A DNA stretch of 64,000 nucleotides, taken from Eledone cirrhosa (Eukaryota). The notes beneath the pieces were generated by a model that was not told where the DNA came from, did not search any database, and saw only the letters and a program-made list of their open reading frames with translations. Position numbers and translations under genes: made by a program. This document shows, one piece after another, positions 38,705 to 50,358 of the stretch (the first letter of the stretch is position 1; every line of letters begins with the position of its first letter). The stretch spans positions 168,206,001 to 168,270,000 of the forward strand of contig OZ024741.1 of NCBI GenBank assembly GCA_964016885.1, in the 5' to 3' direction.

Positions 38705-39814
38705 GAATGAGAAATTAAAGAAAAATAGAAAGATTGAGGAGACAGGCAGGGCAGAACAAATATTTTAGAGAAAAATAACAGGTCCATTCATGTTGCCATC
38801 TTTTGGGAAACTGTTGATGCTGACATTTTGTGTACGATATAATTTTTTGAAAAGGTGATGATGGAGTACATCTATCTGAAATGGAAAAAAAAACGTTTTG
38901 TATATAGAGCTGTACATGTACGTGTGTGCATACATGTGTTTTTGTGTTTTTATATGTTCATCCGAAGCTAAGAGAATGTGTGCGTGTAAGTAAAAGAGTG
39001 TGCTTGCATATATATATATATATAAATTAAGTTTGAATGTGTTGAGAATGCAACAATATAAGGCCAAAAATATTTAAAGTTCAATGTGATTTTACAGTCC
39101 ACATCATGAGGGTTAATAAACAGTCCAAAGTTTAATCCAATGTGTAAATTCCAATTATAGTAGTGTCATAATTTCACAGAGTATATATATATATATATTC
39201 ATATATTAAATAAAAAGGTGTATTAAATCAACGTTAATCAACTTACATGTCTTTCACTAATCCAACAAGGAATGAAAGGCAGTTCATTCCTTTTTGTATT
39301 AGTGAAACACATGTAATCCAATTATTTGAAACACATGTAATCCAATGATTTGATATGCTAATCCTTGACTTATTATTTAATATTTGTATATTATGTATAT
39401 ATATTTTATATATTATATACATGTATATAAATATGAATGAGTACTCAGTACTGATGCAGAGTTTAAATATGCATTTATGGTGGCTAAATGCTGAACTATT
39501 TTACACTGGAGTTTCAACTGCTCAATCTAAGCATCATCAGACATATTGATGTTCTATTTGTCTGGCAAATAACTTGATCTGAGACTGTGTGTCAAAATTA
39601 AAACTGTTACTGATTAGGAAAGTCATCAAAAACCCTAAAACTCTTAACTTTACTAGGTATATATTATTAATTTCTTAATGTATATATACTTGAAACTCTC
39701 AAAGACAATGACACTGGATCAAGTTCTTTGGTGCCTTGTAGGCACCTCTTAATCCAATATACACCCCCACCCCATAGCTCCTACACATCCTTCCCATTTC
39801 TACCCTCTTACTCT

Positions 39815-40475
39815 GACAGATTTTATTGGCAAAACCAACCAGCAGGAGGCCCAAGGGTAGGCCCTGAACAAGATGGTTGAATAACATCCTTGAGGTTGGC
39901 TGGTCTTCTTTGATCCAGCCAGATCAGTTGGAGATGGTTGCTTCTGAAAACACCCACTGGAAGGAGTGTTTGAGGACACCACCTCCATGAATATACATGG
40001 TCTAAGGGGAATCAGGGATAGAGATCAATAATTAATTTTGTTATAGTCTCTGATCTCTTTCTTTCTATGCTGGATGTTCATCTTAAGAGAGAGGCTGATA
40101 TCTGTAACTTGAGACTAACTAAAGTCAAGGAAGCTCACAAAACTGTCTCTGATCTCCTTGATTTTGTGCTGAGCTATCAACTGATCAAAAGAATCGCTGG
40201 ACAGATTTTACGAGCAAACCCAACCGACAGGAGAACCAGGGGTAGACCCAAGCAATATGGTTGGGTAACATCCATGAGCTTGGCTGGTCTCGTTTGAGGA
40301 CTCTGCCCCCACGACCCTCTCAGGAATAAGTGGGCCAAGAAGAAGAAGAAGAAGATCTGGCTGGATCAAAGAAGACCAGCCAACCTCAAGGATGTTATTC
40401 AACCATCTTGTTCAGGGTCTACCCCTGGGCCTCCTGCTGGTTGGTTTTGCCAATAAAATCTGTAAGAAGAAGAAG
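39815..40475. mobile_element. Rearranged 3' fragments of the (AGA)-tailed LINE family
   Basis: Plus-strand copies at 39815-39990 and 40190-40352; 40354-40463 is a near-exact inversion of 39817-39924. Confidence 0.7.
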
Positions 40476-40480
40476 ATGAA

Positions 40481-40544
<64 letters not shown>

Positions 40545-41099
40545 CTTCGATAATGTCACTCTTATATTGAGAGAGGCATATGTCAAATTATGTTCTATTT
40601 GACATTGACTCAATATAACAGACAAATTTCATATTGAAATTTCTTTCAACAAAACCAAGCTAATTTTCCTGTTTAGAATAATTATTCCTTGTTTTGCTTT
40701 GTATTACCATTCAACCAATTCAATTTCATATATACGTGTCCAATATTAAAAGATTTTTGCAAAAGTCCTATGTGTAACACAATTGCAATTCAATATATAT
40801 TTGAGAATTTCTCCACATTAACGCTTTGTTGATTTTTGAATGGCTTGCATTATAAAACAAAACATTTAAAGTGAAAACAAATCAATTTTATATAATTTCA
40901 GTTAGTTCCAAATTTATTTCATAGAATAATGGCTGGGTGGTAAAAGAATTTGTTTTGTTATCAAAACATTCTGGATTCAGTTTCACTGCCCAACACCTAA
41001 GGCAATTGTCTTCTTCATGTTTTATGAGTGGAATTTAATTGACACAAACTACAGAAGTATGTTGTTTATATAGATATATATATTGGCACTATGAATATA

Positions 41100-41492
41100 C
41101 GAGGGCAATCCCAAAAGTAAGGTCTCCTTCCGATATTGCAACTTTTCCATTAAAATCCTGTGGATGGTGTTTCAGGAAACCTCAGGAACCAAAATCCAGA
41201 GAGCATCCAGAGTGATCCGCCGACCTTTACGCATGTTTTCCTCGGAAGGAGACCTTACTTTTGGGATTGCCCTCTATATAATAACTGCGCGAAATTCGCA
41301 CTTGGTGGTAGCGTTCAACGGGAGCTCCATTCTCAACAGCTGCCAAGCCAAGATTGAGCATCCCAGCGAAGCACGCACATGCTTGTTTGGGAGTGAAGGA
41401 AGCACCAATCACAACAGTGTTGCCAACAGCCATACAAACAGTTTCTCTGCGTCCCCATCACTTTGGAGACCTTACTTTTGGGATTACCCTCG
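41100..41492. mobile_element. Mariner-like MITE with three TIR copies
   Basis: cgagggcaatcccaaaagtaaggtctcc at 41100; reverse complements at 41248-41275 and 41465-41492; TA flanks. Confidence 0.85.
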
Positions 41493-42114
41493 TATCATCA
41501 TCATCATTCCATTTTACGTCCGCTTTTTCCCTGCTTACAAGGGTGGGACGGGAACTGATTCTGGCTTGATTTCTACAGCTGGATGCCCATATATATATAT
41601 ATGAACTTCGTATATCTATATATGGTATGTTTAATAAATAAACATTTCGAAAGTTAAAGCTATGAGTAGATGACTGGCAGTTAGCGCTGCCAAGCGGTGT
41701 CCAGCATAACCAAGGGGGATAATTGTCTAGGCATTTCAAACTTAAATGGTTCTGATCAGGGCAATGCTTCCCTCTTCCTACTGCTGGGCATTGAAACAGG
41801 AGAAAATATATAGTTTTTTCGTCTGTGTAAATGGACTGATTAGCTTCATTTGCATATGAAGCTGTACAAGTTGGCTCAACTTAAAATAACTGTGGCTTTA
41901 AAAATTGTGCCCAATCTGGGGAGATGGCCATAACTGGACCTTGAAACCTAAAGTAACACTTTCTTGTTCTGTGCATGAAGTAAATAAATAATATATCAGC
42001 CTTCACACCAGATCAAGCCCTGTTTTCCTTCCTCCCTTTTAAATGCAAAAATGTTTTTGCTACATAAACATACATCATCATCAGCTATTTTCCAGGCTTA
42101 CACACACATACATC

Positions 42115-42420
42115 ATCATCATCACTGTTTAACGTTAATTATTCCACACAAGCATGGATTAGATGAGTTGTCCTATTGTGAGCATTGCCAGGTCAGGTGA
42201 CCTTGTCTCGTTCATACAGAACTGATTTTGGCTTGGTTTCTACAGCTGGATGCCCTGACTAACGCCAACCACATTTACAGTGAGTACTGGGTGCTTTTTT
42301 GTGACACCTACATGACCACTTTACAGTGTGGACAGGGCACTTTTTGTTGTGAGATCTATACTAGCACTTTACAGTGTGGGCCGGGTGCTTTTTGCTGTGT
42401 CGCCATCATGACCACTGTGT
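42115..42420 (-). mobile_element. RTE 3' UTR tail fragment
   Basis: Reverse complement of the gttggtgttaggaagggcatccagctgtagaaa module plus tandem units. Confidence 0.8.
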
Positions 42421-42428
42421 GTATATAT

Positions 42429-42660
42429 AAATAGAAGCTTTTGTTGTATTTTTGACTAAATAAATTTTATCCTGATAGTGAGGTTTAGAACTCTCTCTAA
42501 GAAATGGAAAAAGATGAGTATTGATGTACAAAGGAGTCGAACCCACATCTTTGGTTATCCAGGTACGTTAATACTCATCTTTTTCCATTTCTTAGAGGTT
42601 CTAAACTACACTATCAGGCTAAAATTTATTTAGTCAAAAATATGGCGCAAGCTCCTATTT
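42429..42660. repeat. Palindromic element (about 100-bp arms) enclosing a tRNA-like fragment
   Basis: Arms 42429-42529 and 42563-42660; loop reverse complement ctggataaccaaagatgtgGGTTCGACTCCtt. Confidence 0.8.
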
Positions 42661-43728
42661 CTAATTTCAAATTCGCTCGCTGCTTCAAAATAAACTTATG
42701 TGTATATATATTTTTTGTTGTGACATACTGGATGGACTGGGTGCGTTTTGTTTTGACACCTACAAATATACAATAAAAGCAAATTCATATCTGTACAAAC
42801 ATTACAGGCTTTTTAACAGAAGCTGTAAGAAATGTATAGGTAAATATGCTTTTGATATATAAGCATGTATCTACAGGCCTTATTTACATATTTCTTTGTA
42901 GATTGAAAAAGATGAACAGTTTGACTGTTTACATTTTCCCCAATCCATGAAGAAATTTACAATCATCAAATATCGCAGAACTAGAGAACTGGAGCTACTA
43001 ATTTGCATAATCTTAGTGCTTACATTAATTAGTTAATTTATTCACATATTAAATTGTAGACTAATCATCTGAAGTATATTTTAAATACATAACTATACAA
43101 ACAGTACATGTCTTTCTAACTGAAGTCAAGTTTACAAAAATGGAGGAAGGTTGAAGTCAAGACAATATGAAGAGGAGACATAGACAACAAACGTTTATTG
43201 ATAAGGTCACAGATTCTGTGATGAAAAATGATTGACAATTAGGTAAATAGCCAATTGATTGATTAACCAATTGATGGGTGGATTAATTACCAGATTAATA
43301 ATAAAAAGTATAGTGAAACTCAACAGGTGCCTGACTGTGAAGCGACTGAGAGTGCAAGACTGGACAGGACACCAGTCCATCGTAGAGTTAAACCTCCAGC
43401 TATTGCTGGTACTTATTTTCAGCTGAGTATACTGGAGCAATGTGAAATGAAGTGTTTTGCTCAAGAACACAACATGCAACCCAGGAATCGAACCCACAAC
43501 TTGAGCTCTGCCATCGGGGTTAAACATTTTCCTATATATATCTATATGTATATATATATATATAATCATCATCATCATCATCATCATTTTACGTCTGCTT
43601 TTCCCTGCTTGCAAGATACTTGAAGGCGGCCGACCGGACTAGAAACTACTAAATGTTTGGCCGCCTTCTTGTCTCTCTGCCTTTTCAGCCCCATGGATTG
43701 TGTCTATTATATTCCTTTGTTAAATTTC

Positions 43729-43790
43729 GAATACCTGATGATGTCGCCAGGATCTTGTAGAACTTGGCTACTGAAATATACATAGTGTTT
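43729..43790 (+). ncRNA. Type I hammerhead ribozyme (family D) in element 43618-43852
   Basis: gaatac-CTGATGA-tgtcgccag..ttggctact-GAAA-T atac A-TA-gtgttt. Confidence 0.75.
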
Positions 43791-43869
43791 GCTATAATAA
43801 ATCTTTGAAGGCGGAATTTCATCAGTCCGGCCTCCTGTCATTTTACTCAATAATATATATATATATATA

Positions 43870-44830
43870 ATCAAAGATTAATATGGTTCATTGATTACTT
43901 AATGAATACAGTTTTGCAATAGATGAAAAGCACTCAACATGAAAGTTTTACTGGAGTTTTTAATATTATTCAAAATATTAACAAATGAAGATATTCACAT
44001 AATCACAATATATGCTTTATTATATATCAAAGGTACTGTGTTGTTTTTTCAGTACGTCCTCATCAGATAAAATATATCATTTGATATATTACAGACCTCT
44101 ATGGTCTTGATAGTTCAATTCCTGTATTGGCAGTGATTTATTTCATCAAATCTCAACATTTATATACCACAAATAATAATATGATAAACTCAAAGAAGAA
44201 AAGGATGTAGAGTGAATTAGAGATATTAAGAAAGGGTGTAAAGAGGAGGAAAGGCAAGAAAAAAAAAATAAATACATACATAAATATTTAAATGAATAAA
44301 AATAAATAAATGGATGGATGAATAGAGGAAGAAATATATAAAAAAGAAAAAAAGAAAAAAAAAGAAGAAATAACGACAAAAGAAAGGGAATGTGTTTGGA
44401 AAGTAAAAGGCAGGGGAGAGTAAATAAAAATAAAGGAGCATCAAATATAGGGGGATAGATAGAAAAAAACCGTTGTTTTCAAATATTAGGTCATTTGAGG
44501 CAACCAATCAATTACCATAAACCATTAAATATCTCTTGTATTTGATTATGGTTAAGCTAATTATACTTATATATTATATCAAAATTAATCAATATACATT
44601 ACTTTTTATAGCCATAACATATTTAGTTTAATTAAAAATTTATATAATTTAATTTAATTTAACTCATTATAGATTATAATTTTTGGTTTAGATAATATAT
44701 TCCTTAAGTATTTTGTACAACTTTAAAAAATGTTATCTTTAAAGCATATTTAAATAATTATTAAACATGTATTAAAATATATATTAAAGTACATGCATAT
44801 ATCACCATCAATATATATAATATATTAAGA
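43870..44830 (-). mobile_element. Family-A-like Penelope-like 3' region with a degenerate hammerhead (44014-44074)
   Basis: Similar to 36420-36610; reverse complement TATTTTAT-CTGATGA-ggacgtactg..cagtaccttt-GA with the GAAA box partly deleted. Confidence 0.7.
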
Positions 44831-44900
44831 TCATATATTATTGAGTTAAATGACAGGAGGCCGGACTGATGAAATTCCTCCTTCAAAGATTTATTATAGC

Positions 44901-44962
44901 AAACACTATGTGCATTTCAGTGGCCAGATTCCACAAGATCCTGGCGACATCATCGGGTGTTT
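44901..44962 (-). ncRNA. Type I hammerhead (family D), core mutated to CCGATGA, in element 44838-45108
   Basis: Reverse complement AAACAC-CCGATGA-tgtcgccagg..tctggccact-GAAA-T gcac A-TA-GTGTTT. Confidence 0.7.
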
Positions 44963-45309
44963 ATTGCATAATAGTTATATAATAAACAAATAATGGTAAA
45001 CACAATGCAACAGGCTATAAGGATATAAAACAAAACAGAGAAAAATATGTTTGACTTGAAGGCGATCAAGAGGGTCAGTTGTTATCAGTTTGGCTGACCA
45101 CCTTCGAGTGAGGATTATCATCAATTTTGTCTTACTGGTTTAGTCAGGGGGTTGCATGCTTAGTATGTTTATTACTACTACCCTGCTGGTTTGGTCAGGG
45201 GGTTGTACCCCTACTATGCTTATTACTACTACCATGCCATTCACTGCTATTGGGACACATGCTAGTGGTAAAAGATCAGGTTGCAGAGAAATATATTCAG
45301 TTGGGGTCA

Positions 45310-45700
45310 GCCTAAAGTTGGCATGCTTCAATGGATGTGTAATGAATGAAAAAGCATAAATAAACTAAGAGAGAAACTGGGTATAAGAGGTATCAGATGC
45401 AGTGTGAAGGAGAGGAAAATGTGTTGATATGCACATCATGTTAGTATGAATACTGTAAAGTGGTTGTGTAGGCATCACAACAAAAAGCACCCAGTCAATA
45501 CTATAAAGTGCTCGTGTAGGACCCAAAAAGGACCCAACTCACACTGTAAATGTGATTGGCGTTAGGAAGGGCATCCAGCCCTAGAAACATTTCTGTATGA
45601 AGAAGACATGGTCAACTGATCTGGTTTGTCTCACAATGGGAAAACTTGTCTAACCCCTGCTAGCATGGAAAAATGGACATTAAATGAAATTGTTTCTAGC
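45310..45700 (+). mobile_element. Old RTE 3' fragment
   Basis: LREKLGIRGIRCSVKER plus 3' UTR module. Confidence 0.7.
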
Positions 45701-46166
45701 TTAGTTTCTATGGCTGGATGCCCTTCCGAACACTAACCATACAGCATGGACTAGCTGCTTTTTTGTCATATCACCTACATGAACTCCTCAAAGCGTTGGC
45801 TGGCTGCTTTTTGTTATGTCACCAGGATAACCAACTTATATGGGGGAAGGTGGTCTAAGATGAAATACTTGATGAAGGAGGGTGTGTATTAAGATGTGGG
45901 AAGGCTTATTGGTAGGGAAGATGAAGATTGGTGCAGACTAGTGTCCTCTAGCTGTTTGCTTCATCCTGTGCACATGAGAAGGTGGGTCTTTTGCAGTACA
46001 GCTTACTGCCAGATATCGTGATCCTGCATCATCACCTTTGAGAGGATGTTTAATTTTGCAAGGTCAGCTTTCATCACTTCATCCTAAGCTTTCCTATGTC
46101 TTTCTGTTCCATAGTTTCCTTCAACTTTACACATAAACACACATATGTACATATGTGTTGTGTGTG

Positions 46167-46223
<57 letters not shown>

Positions 46224-46979
46224 TCATCATCATCATCATCATCTTACATAGCAGACCTACCAACCTCTAAAAACCCAAACGGGGAAGAAAGAAATGAGGC
46301 AAAATGGTGAGATTTTACATAATAAAAGCTATACCAATTTTCACAAGAGAAGACATCTCTCACCCATCTCAAAGTGGGTGGGAGATCTCCCTGTCGGATG
46401 GGTAGAGTTGACAAGTCTGATATAGTTTAATGTGTGTTTATAGTTTTAACTCAGATATAGTTTTATGTATGTGTATGTGTGCATGTGTGTCAATCTCTTT
46501 GTGTGCATTTGTATATGTGCCTGTGTATATAACTTAGCAGTTTAACCTATAACTTATTAGTTTGACAAAAATGAGATCGATAAAATATGTACCAGGCATG
46601 AAAATAATAACACATATGAACCGAGATTGACATGATTGGCTAAATCAAGGCAGTACTCCAGCATGACCTCAGTTTAATGACTGAAACTAGTAAAAGAATT
46701 TTAAGACATTGTCGATTTTTGAAAAGTTTGTGCTAAATAACAAATATTGAAAGTGAAAAGCATCAAATTTTATAGAAACAGCTTTATAGAATTTCAGTTA
46801 GGTACTTTTTAATGTTTCTATGGAAATTGGTTTCATATAATCAATAATACTAAATAAAAAAAAATGGTTTTGAGACAAATGAAACGTCCTACAGCAAATC
46901 TGAATATTAAGTTGATGGGAGGGAACATTCCTTGAATAATCAGACAAGTTATATAACACACAACAACACACATACACAC

Positions 46980-47044
<65 letters not shown>

Positions 47045-47201
47045 CACACACATACACATGCACACACACACATATTCATTGCACTTGGTTTGTTTGTGTT
47101 TGATTAAACATTTTTTTTTTCATTCTTTCATAGTTCTTCAAATTTGTACTTAGTGGTGTAAAGAAAAAGACCACCGAATTAAATTAAATTATTGATATAG
47201 A

Positions 47202-47259
<58 letters not shown>

Positions 47260-47406
47260 TATATATATATATAATGCCTGCAGTCTAATGACTGAAATCT
47301 ATAAAAGATTACATGCATGCATGTATCTATCTATCTCTCTCTCTCTCTATATATATATATACAATGATAACTATATTGATGGAAACTATATTTATAAAAC
47401 CATATT

Positions 47407-47470
47407 TATTTCATTATATATATTTCAAGGGTACCAAGACAACATTGGTACGCTTTCATCAGATAAAATA
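47407..47470 (-). ncRNA. Type I hammerhead ribozyme, intact core
   Basis: Reverse complement TATTTTAT-CTGATGA-aagcgtaccaa tgttgtc ttggtaccctt-GAAA-T atat A-TA-ATGAAATA. Confidence 0.87.
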
Positions 47471-48406
47471 CAAAGTTTGTTTTATAAATAGAGACGTACC
47501 CATGAAAATCATACCTTATCGGTTGGAAATTCACTGGATAGTCGAAATATATTAGGGATTATTCAAACTTATGTGTGAATATGCAAATGAATATGTAAAT
47601 AATTGAAAAACAACATTTATTTAAACGACTATGGAGAAAGAGAGAGAGAAGATATAAGGGGAGAAAGATAAAAAATAGTACGAGAGAGAGAGAAGAAATA
47701 AACAAGAGAGGATGAATAAAACTCATATAACATTAATTTTGGGGAAATATATTCTAAGTATATATCTTAATGGTACGTGTATTTACGAATATTAGTTGTT
47801 TAACATTCGTTTATAATATATTTTCTGTTATAAGTAGATAAATAAATAAATAAATAAATAAATAAATGGGCATATCATGTTATAGATAATTGTTTTAATG
47901 AGTTATGAGGGATATTGGTTTTGTATTTAATGTAAATAAATATTAAGTTAAATTAAATTAAATTAACTGAGTTAATAAGAATATTTATATTTATATATTT
48001 TAAAATGGGAAAATACGGAAAAACTCCAGTTTAATTTATTTATTCGTTAGTATAAATAAGTATAAATGTTGAAAGATATATTTAGCCAGAATCAGTTAGT
48101 GGTTATAAATCTAATAACAAATATTGAAAAGATATTAAAAATTTGAGAAAATTATAAGAGATAAGTAATTTTTAAAGAAATAAAAATTAAAGAAATAAAA
48201 ATAAAGAATCAAAAATTATTAAGATTAAAATTACAATAAAAATTTAAATAAAAAAAAAATTAGAATTATATATGTATATATTTTATGAAACTTTAAGAAG
48301 TGGAATTATGGCAAATGTTATAGATATTATGATTTAGAGATATCAATATATTAAAACCAAGTGGATAAGATTGTCATGGAAATAAGTAGAAATATTATAA
48401 GTATAA

Positions 48407-49396
48407 TTATAATTTATATATAGTTCTGAATGTTGAATTCAGGCGATGTCTACAAGAATTAAATAAATTCGTTCTTAGATTAATAGAGTTCTTACATTTA
48501 AGTATGAAAAAAATTTCCTCAACACACAATTTGCAGAATCTAGATAAAGCTGTGTTTCGGTACGCGGGTGCTTCAGAAACTATTTCCCAAGTTAATGAAT
48601 AGTGCATATTCTTGCATTTTAAGTTCCATATCAAGTTTGAAAGAGAAGTTGAAGATTTTTTATCAAATCTTCGGAAAGAGCATTTGTGATTATTCCAGCG
48701 ACTTTTAAATTCTCTAGAAGTTGCACCGACATAGTTAAATATATTATCACTGGTTTTAACTGTACATTTGTAGACCACGTCCTTATCTAAACACTTATTT
48801 TGTAAAGGACAGTTTGATTTAATTCTACAGTTACATTTTGCGGAGTTGTTATTCAGAACGGTACTATTATGTTGGATATTGCTAGAGATATTACTGCTAT
48901 TTTGGTTAGGGTTTAAATTTCTATTATTAATTCTATTTATATTTTGTGCTATGTTCATAGTAGTAGAGTAGGGTAGTTTTATAGTATGTCTGTTAAAGAT
49001 TGAGTGGTATCTGTGGGCTTTAGGAAAACATTTATCTAGTGCTTTAAAGAATAGTTTTGCTAAAGGTGTTTTTACGCTTAATGAGAATGGGGGTGAGTAC
49101 CAAATAATATTTCTAGTTCTATTTCTTCTGTTAGTTTTAGAGTTTAAGTTAAATTTTTTATTATAATTATAATTAATAGTAGGGTTATTTGCCTTATTAC
49201 TGTTGTCGATGTATTTAATCTTATTTATGTAGCCTGCTCTATTTAAAGCTTCATTATAATATTCTGCCTTATCGTCAAAAATGTTTTTATTAGCGGATAT
49301 GCGGGAAATACGTTGTTGGATAGAATTGACAATAGTGTTCTTGATAGATCTAGGATGATTAGAGTTAAAACTTACATAGTTTAGATTCTCATTCAT
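48407..49396 (-). CDS. Penelope-like RT thumb, linker and GIY-YIG endonuclease
   Basis: SNHPRSI, IIWYSPPFS, CNCRIKSNC (CxCx5C), VVYKC..YVGAT, RWNNH, CKLCVEE, CRH. Confidence 0.9.
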   Translation of the reverse strand: MNENLNYVSFNSNHPRSIKNTIVNSIQQRISRISANKNIFDDKAEYYNEALNRAGYINKIKYIDNSNKANNPTINYNYNKKFNLNSKTNRRNRTRNIIWYSPPFSLSVKTPLAKLFFKALDKCFPKAHRYHSIFNRHTIKLPYSTTMNIAQNINRINNRNLNPNQNSSNISSNIQHNSTVLNNNSAKCNCRIKSNCPLQNKCLDKDVVYKCTVKTSDNIFNYVGATSREFKSRWNNHKCSFRRFDKKSSTSLSNLIWNLKCKNMHYSLTWEIVSEAPAYRNTALSRFCKLCVEEIFFILKCKNSINLRTNLFNSCRHRLNSTFRTIYKL

Positions 49397-50358
49397 TTTA
49401 TGGAATGGATAGTAGAGCCCTGTGTTACGTCTAAAAAGTTAACAATTTTATAGTTATTCTCTATTTCTAACTTAAGGTTGTAGCTATTAAAGAATTGTAT
49501 TATGGATTTTCTTTTCCTATTAATTTCACAATTATTATGATTTTCAATTAAAAGCAGCATATCATCACGATATAAACCACCGGTCATCTCTGGTATTTTT
49601 CTATGCAGTGTATTATTAATAAATAGCCCCACAAGATCCGTTATTTGCGCCGAGTCTGATGATCCCATTGTGATATCAAAATTACTATTTCTATCGGCTC
49701 TACTCCAGAGATGATTGTTGAATTCAATTAAAGTTTTCCGTGCAGTTAAAATGATATGCATTTCTTCGCTAGATAAATCTGTATGTTTAGATGCATAGAT
49801 AAGAGCTTTATTAAGTAAATTAGGAGTAATGGAGGAGTAGTAGTTTGCAATATACAATTGAATGAATTTTTTGTTATGTTTAAATGTTATGTTATTGAAC
49901 CAATCTATAACCTCGTTAGTACCGTTCCATTGTTTTAGGTAAGAGATTTCTTTAAGTTGCAGTATGATTCTATCTAATATATGTTTACTAACTATGCTTA
50001 AGTCTGATTTAGATGGTGCTATAAGTCTGACTGGTAGTTCTATTTCAAAGTTACTTTTGTGGTCTTTCAGGTTAATTTTCGGTCTTCTAGGTTTAAAGGG
50101 TTCGGTCCTATTTTCGATGCCTAATTTATGAATTATTTCAGAAGCTTCTCTATTTACCATTTCAAGATCTTCATTAGTTGTTATTTTGTAGTTTTTCCTT
50201 AGTTCTTTCAATATAAGGTTATTGTATTCGTCCTTTTGCATTCCGTATAGATTGTTAGTTTTGTCAGATTTTACGAAGATTTTCTCAGTTTTTTCAAGAT
50301 TGTCTATATTATTCTTGAGGCTTTTAAGATATTCCCTATATAGCTCATTCCATTGCAC
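49393..50358 (-). CDS. Penelope-like reverse transcriptase (5'-truncated; frameshift near 49420)
   Basis: KSDKT, KDHKSNF..VRLI, FDITMGSSDSAQ, GLYRDD, VNFLDVT. Confidence 0.92.
   Translation of the reverse strand: MQWNELYREYLKSLKNNIDNLEKTEKIFVKSDKTNNLYGMQKDEYNNLILKELRKNYKITTNEDLEMVNREASEIIHKLGIENRTEPFKPRRPKINLKDHKSNFEIELPVRLIAPSKSDLSIVSKHILDRIILQLKEISYLKQWNGTNEVIDWFNNITFKHNKKFIQLYIANYYSSITPNLLNKALIYASKHTDLSSEEMHIILTARKTLIEFNNHLWSRADRNSNFDITMGSSDSAQITDLVGLFINNTLHRKIPEMTGGLYRDDMLLLIENHNNCEINRKRKSIIQFFNSYNLKLEIENNYKIVNFLDVTQGSTIHSIK

Larger units (their letters stand above)
47362..50355 (-). mobile_element. 5'-truncated Penelope-like element (Hydra-clade-like): RT, GIY-YIG, AT-rich 3' region and hammerhead, ending in (TA)n
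   Basis: Collinear ORFs 49393-50358 and 48407-49396, about 950 bp of AT-rich tail, hammerhead at 47407-47470. Confidence 0.92.

Noticed and set aside
42902-42950. Possible exon after tttctttgtAG
   Set aside because: Only an acceptor-like site; no recognisable peptide or donor.
44866-44900. Extra CTGATGA (mirrored near 43820) as another hammerhead or a C/D box
   Set aside because: No stem II followed by a GAAA box, and no matching terminal stem; it is antisense to the supported ribozyme.
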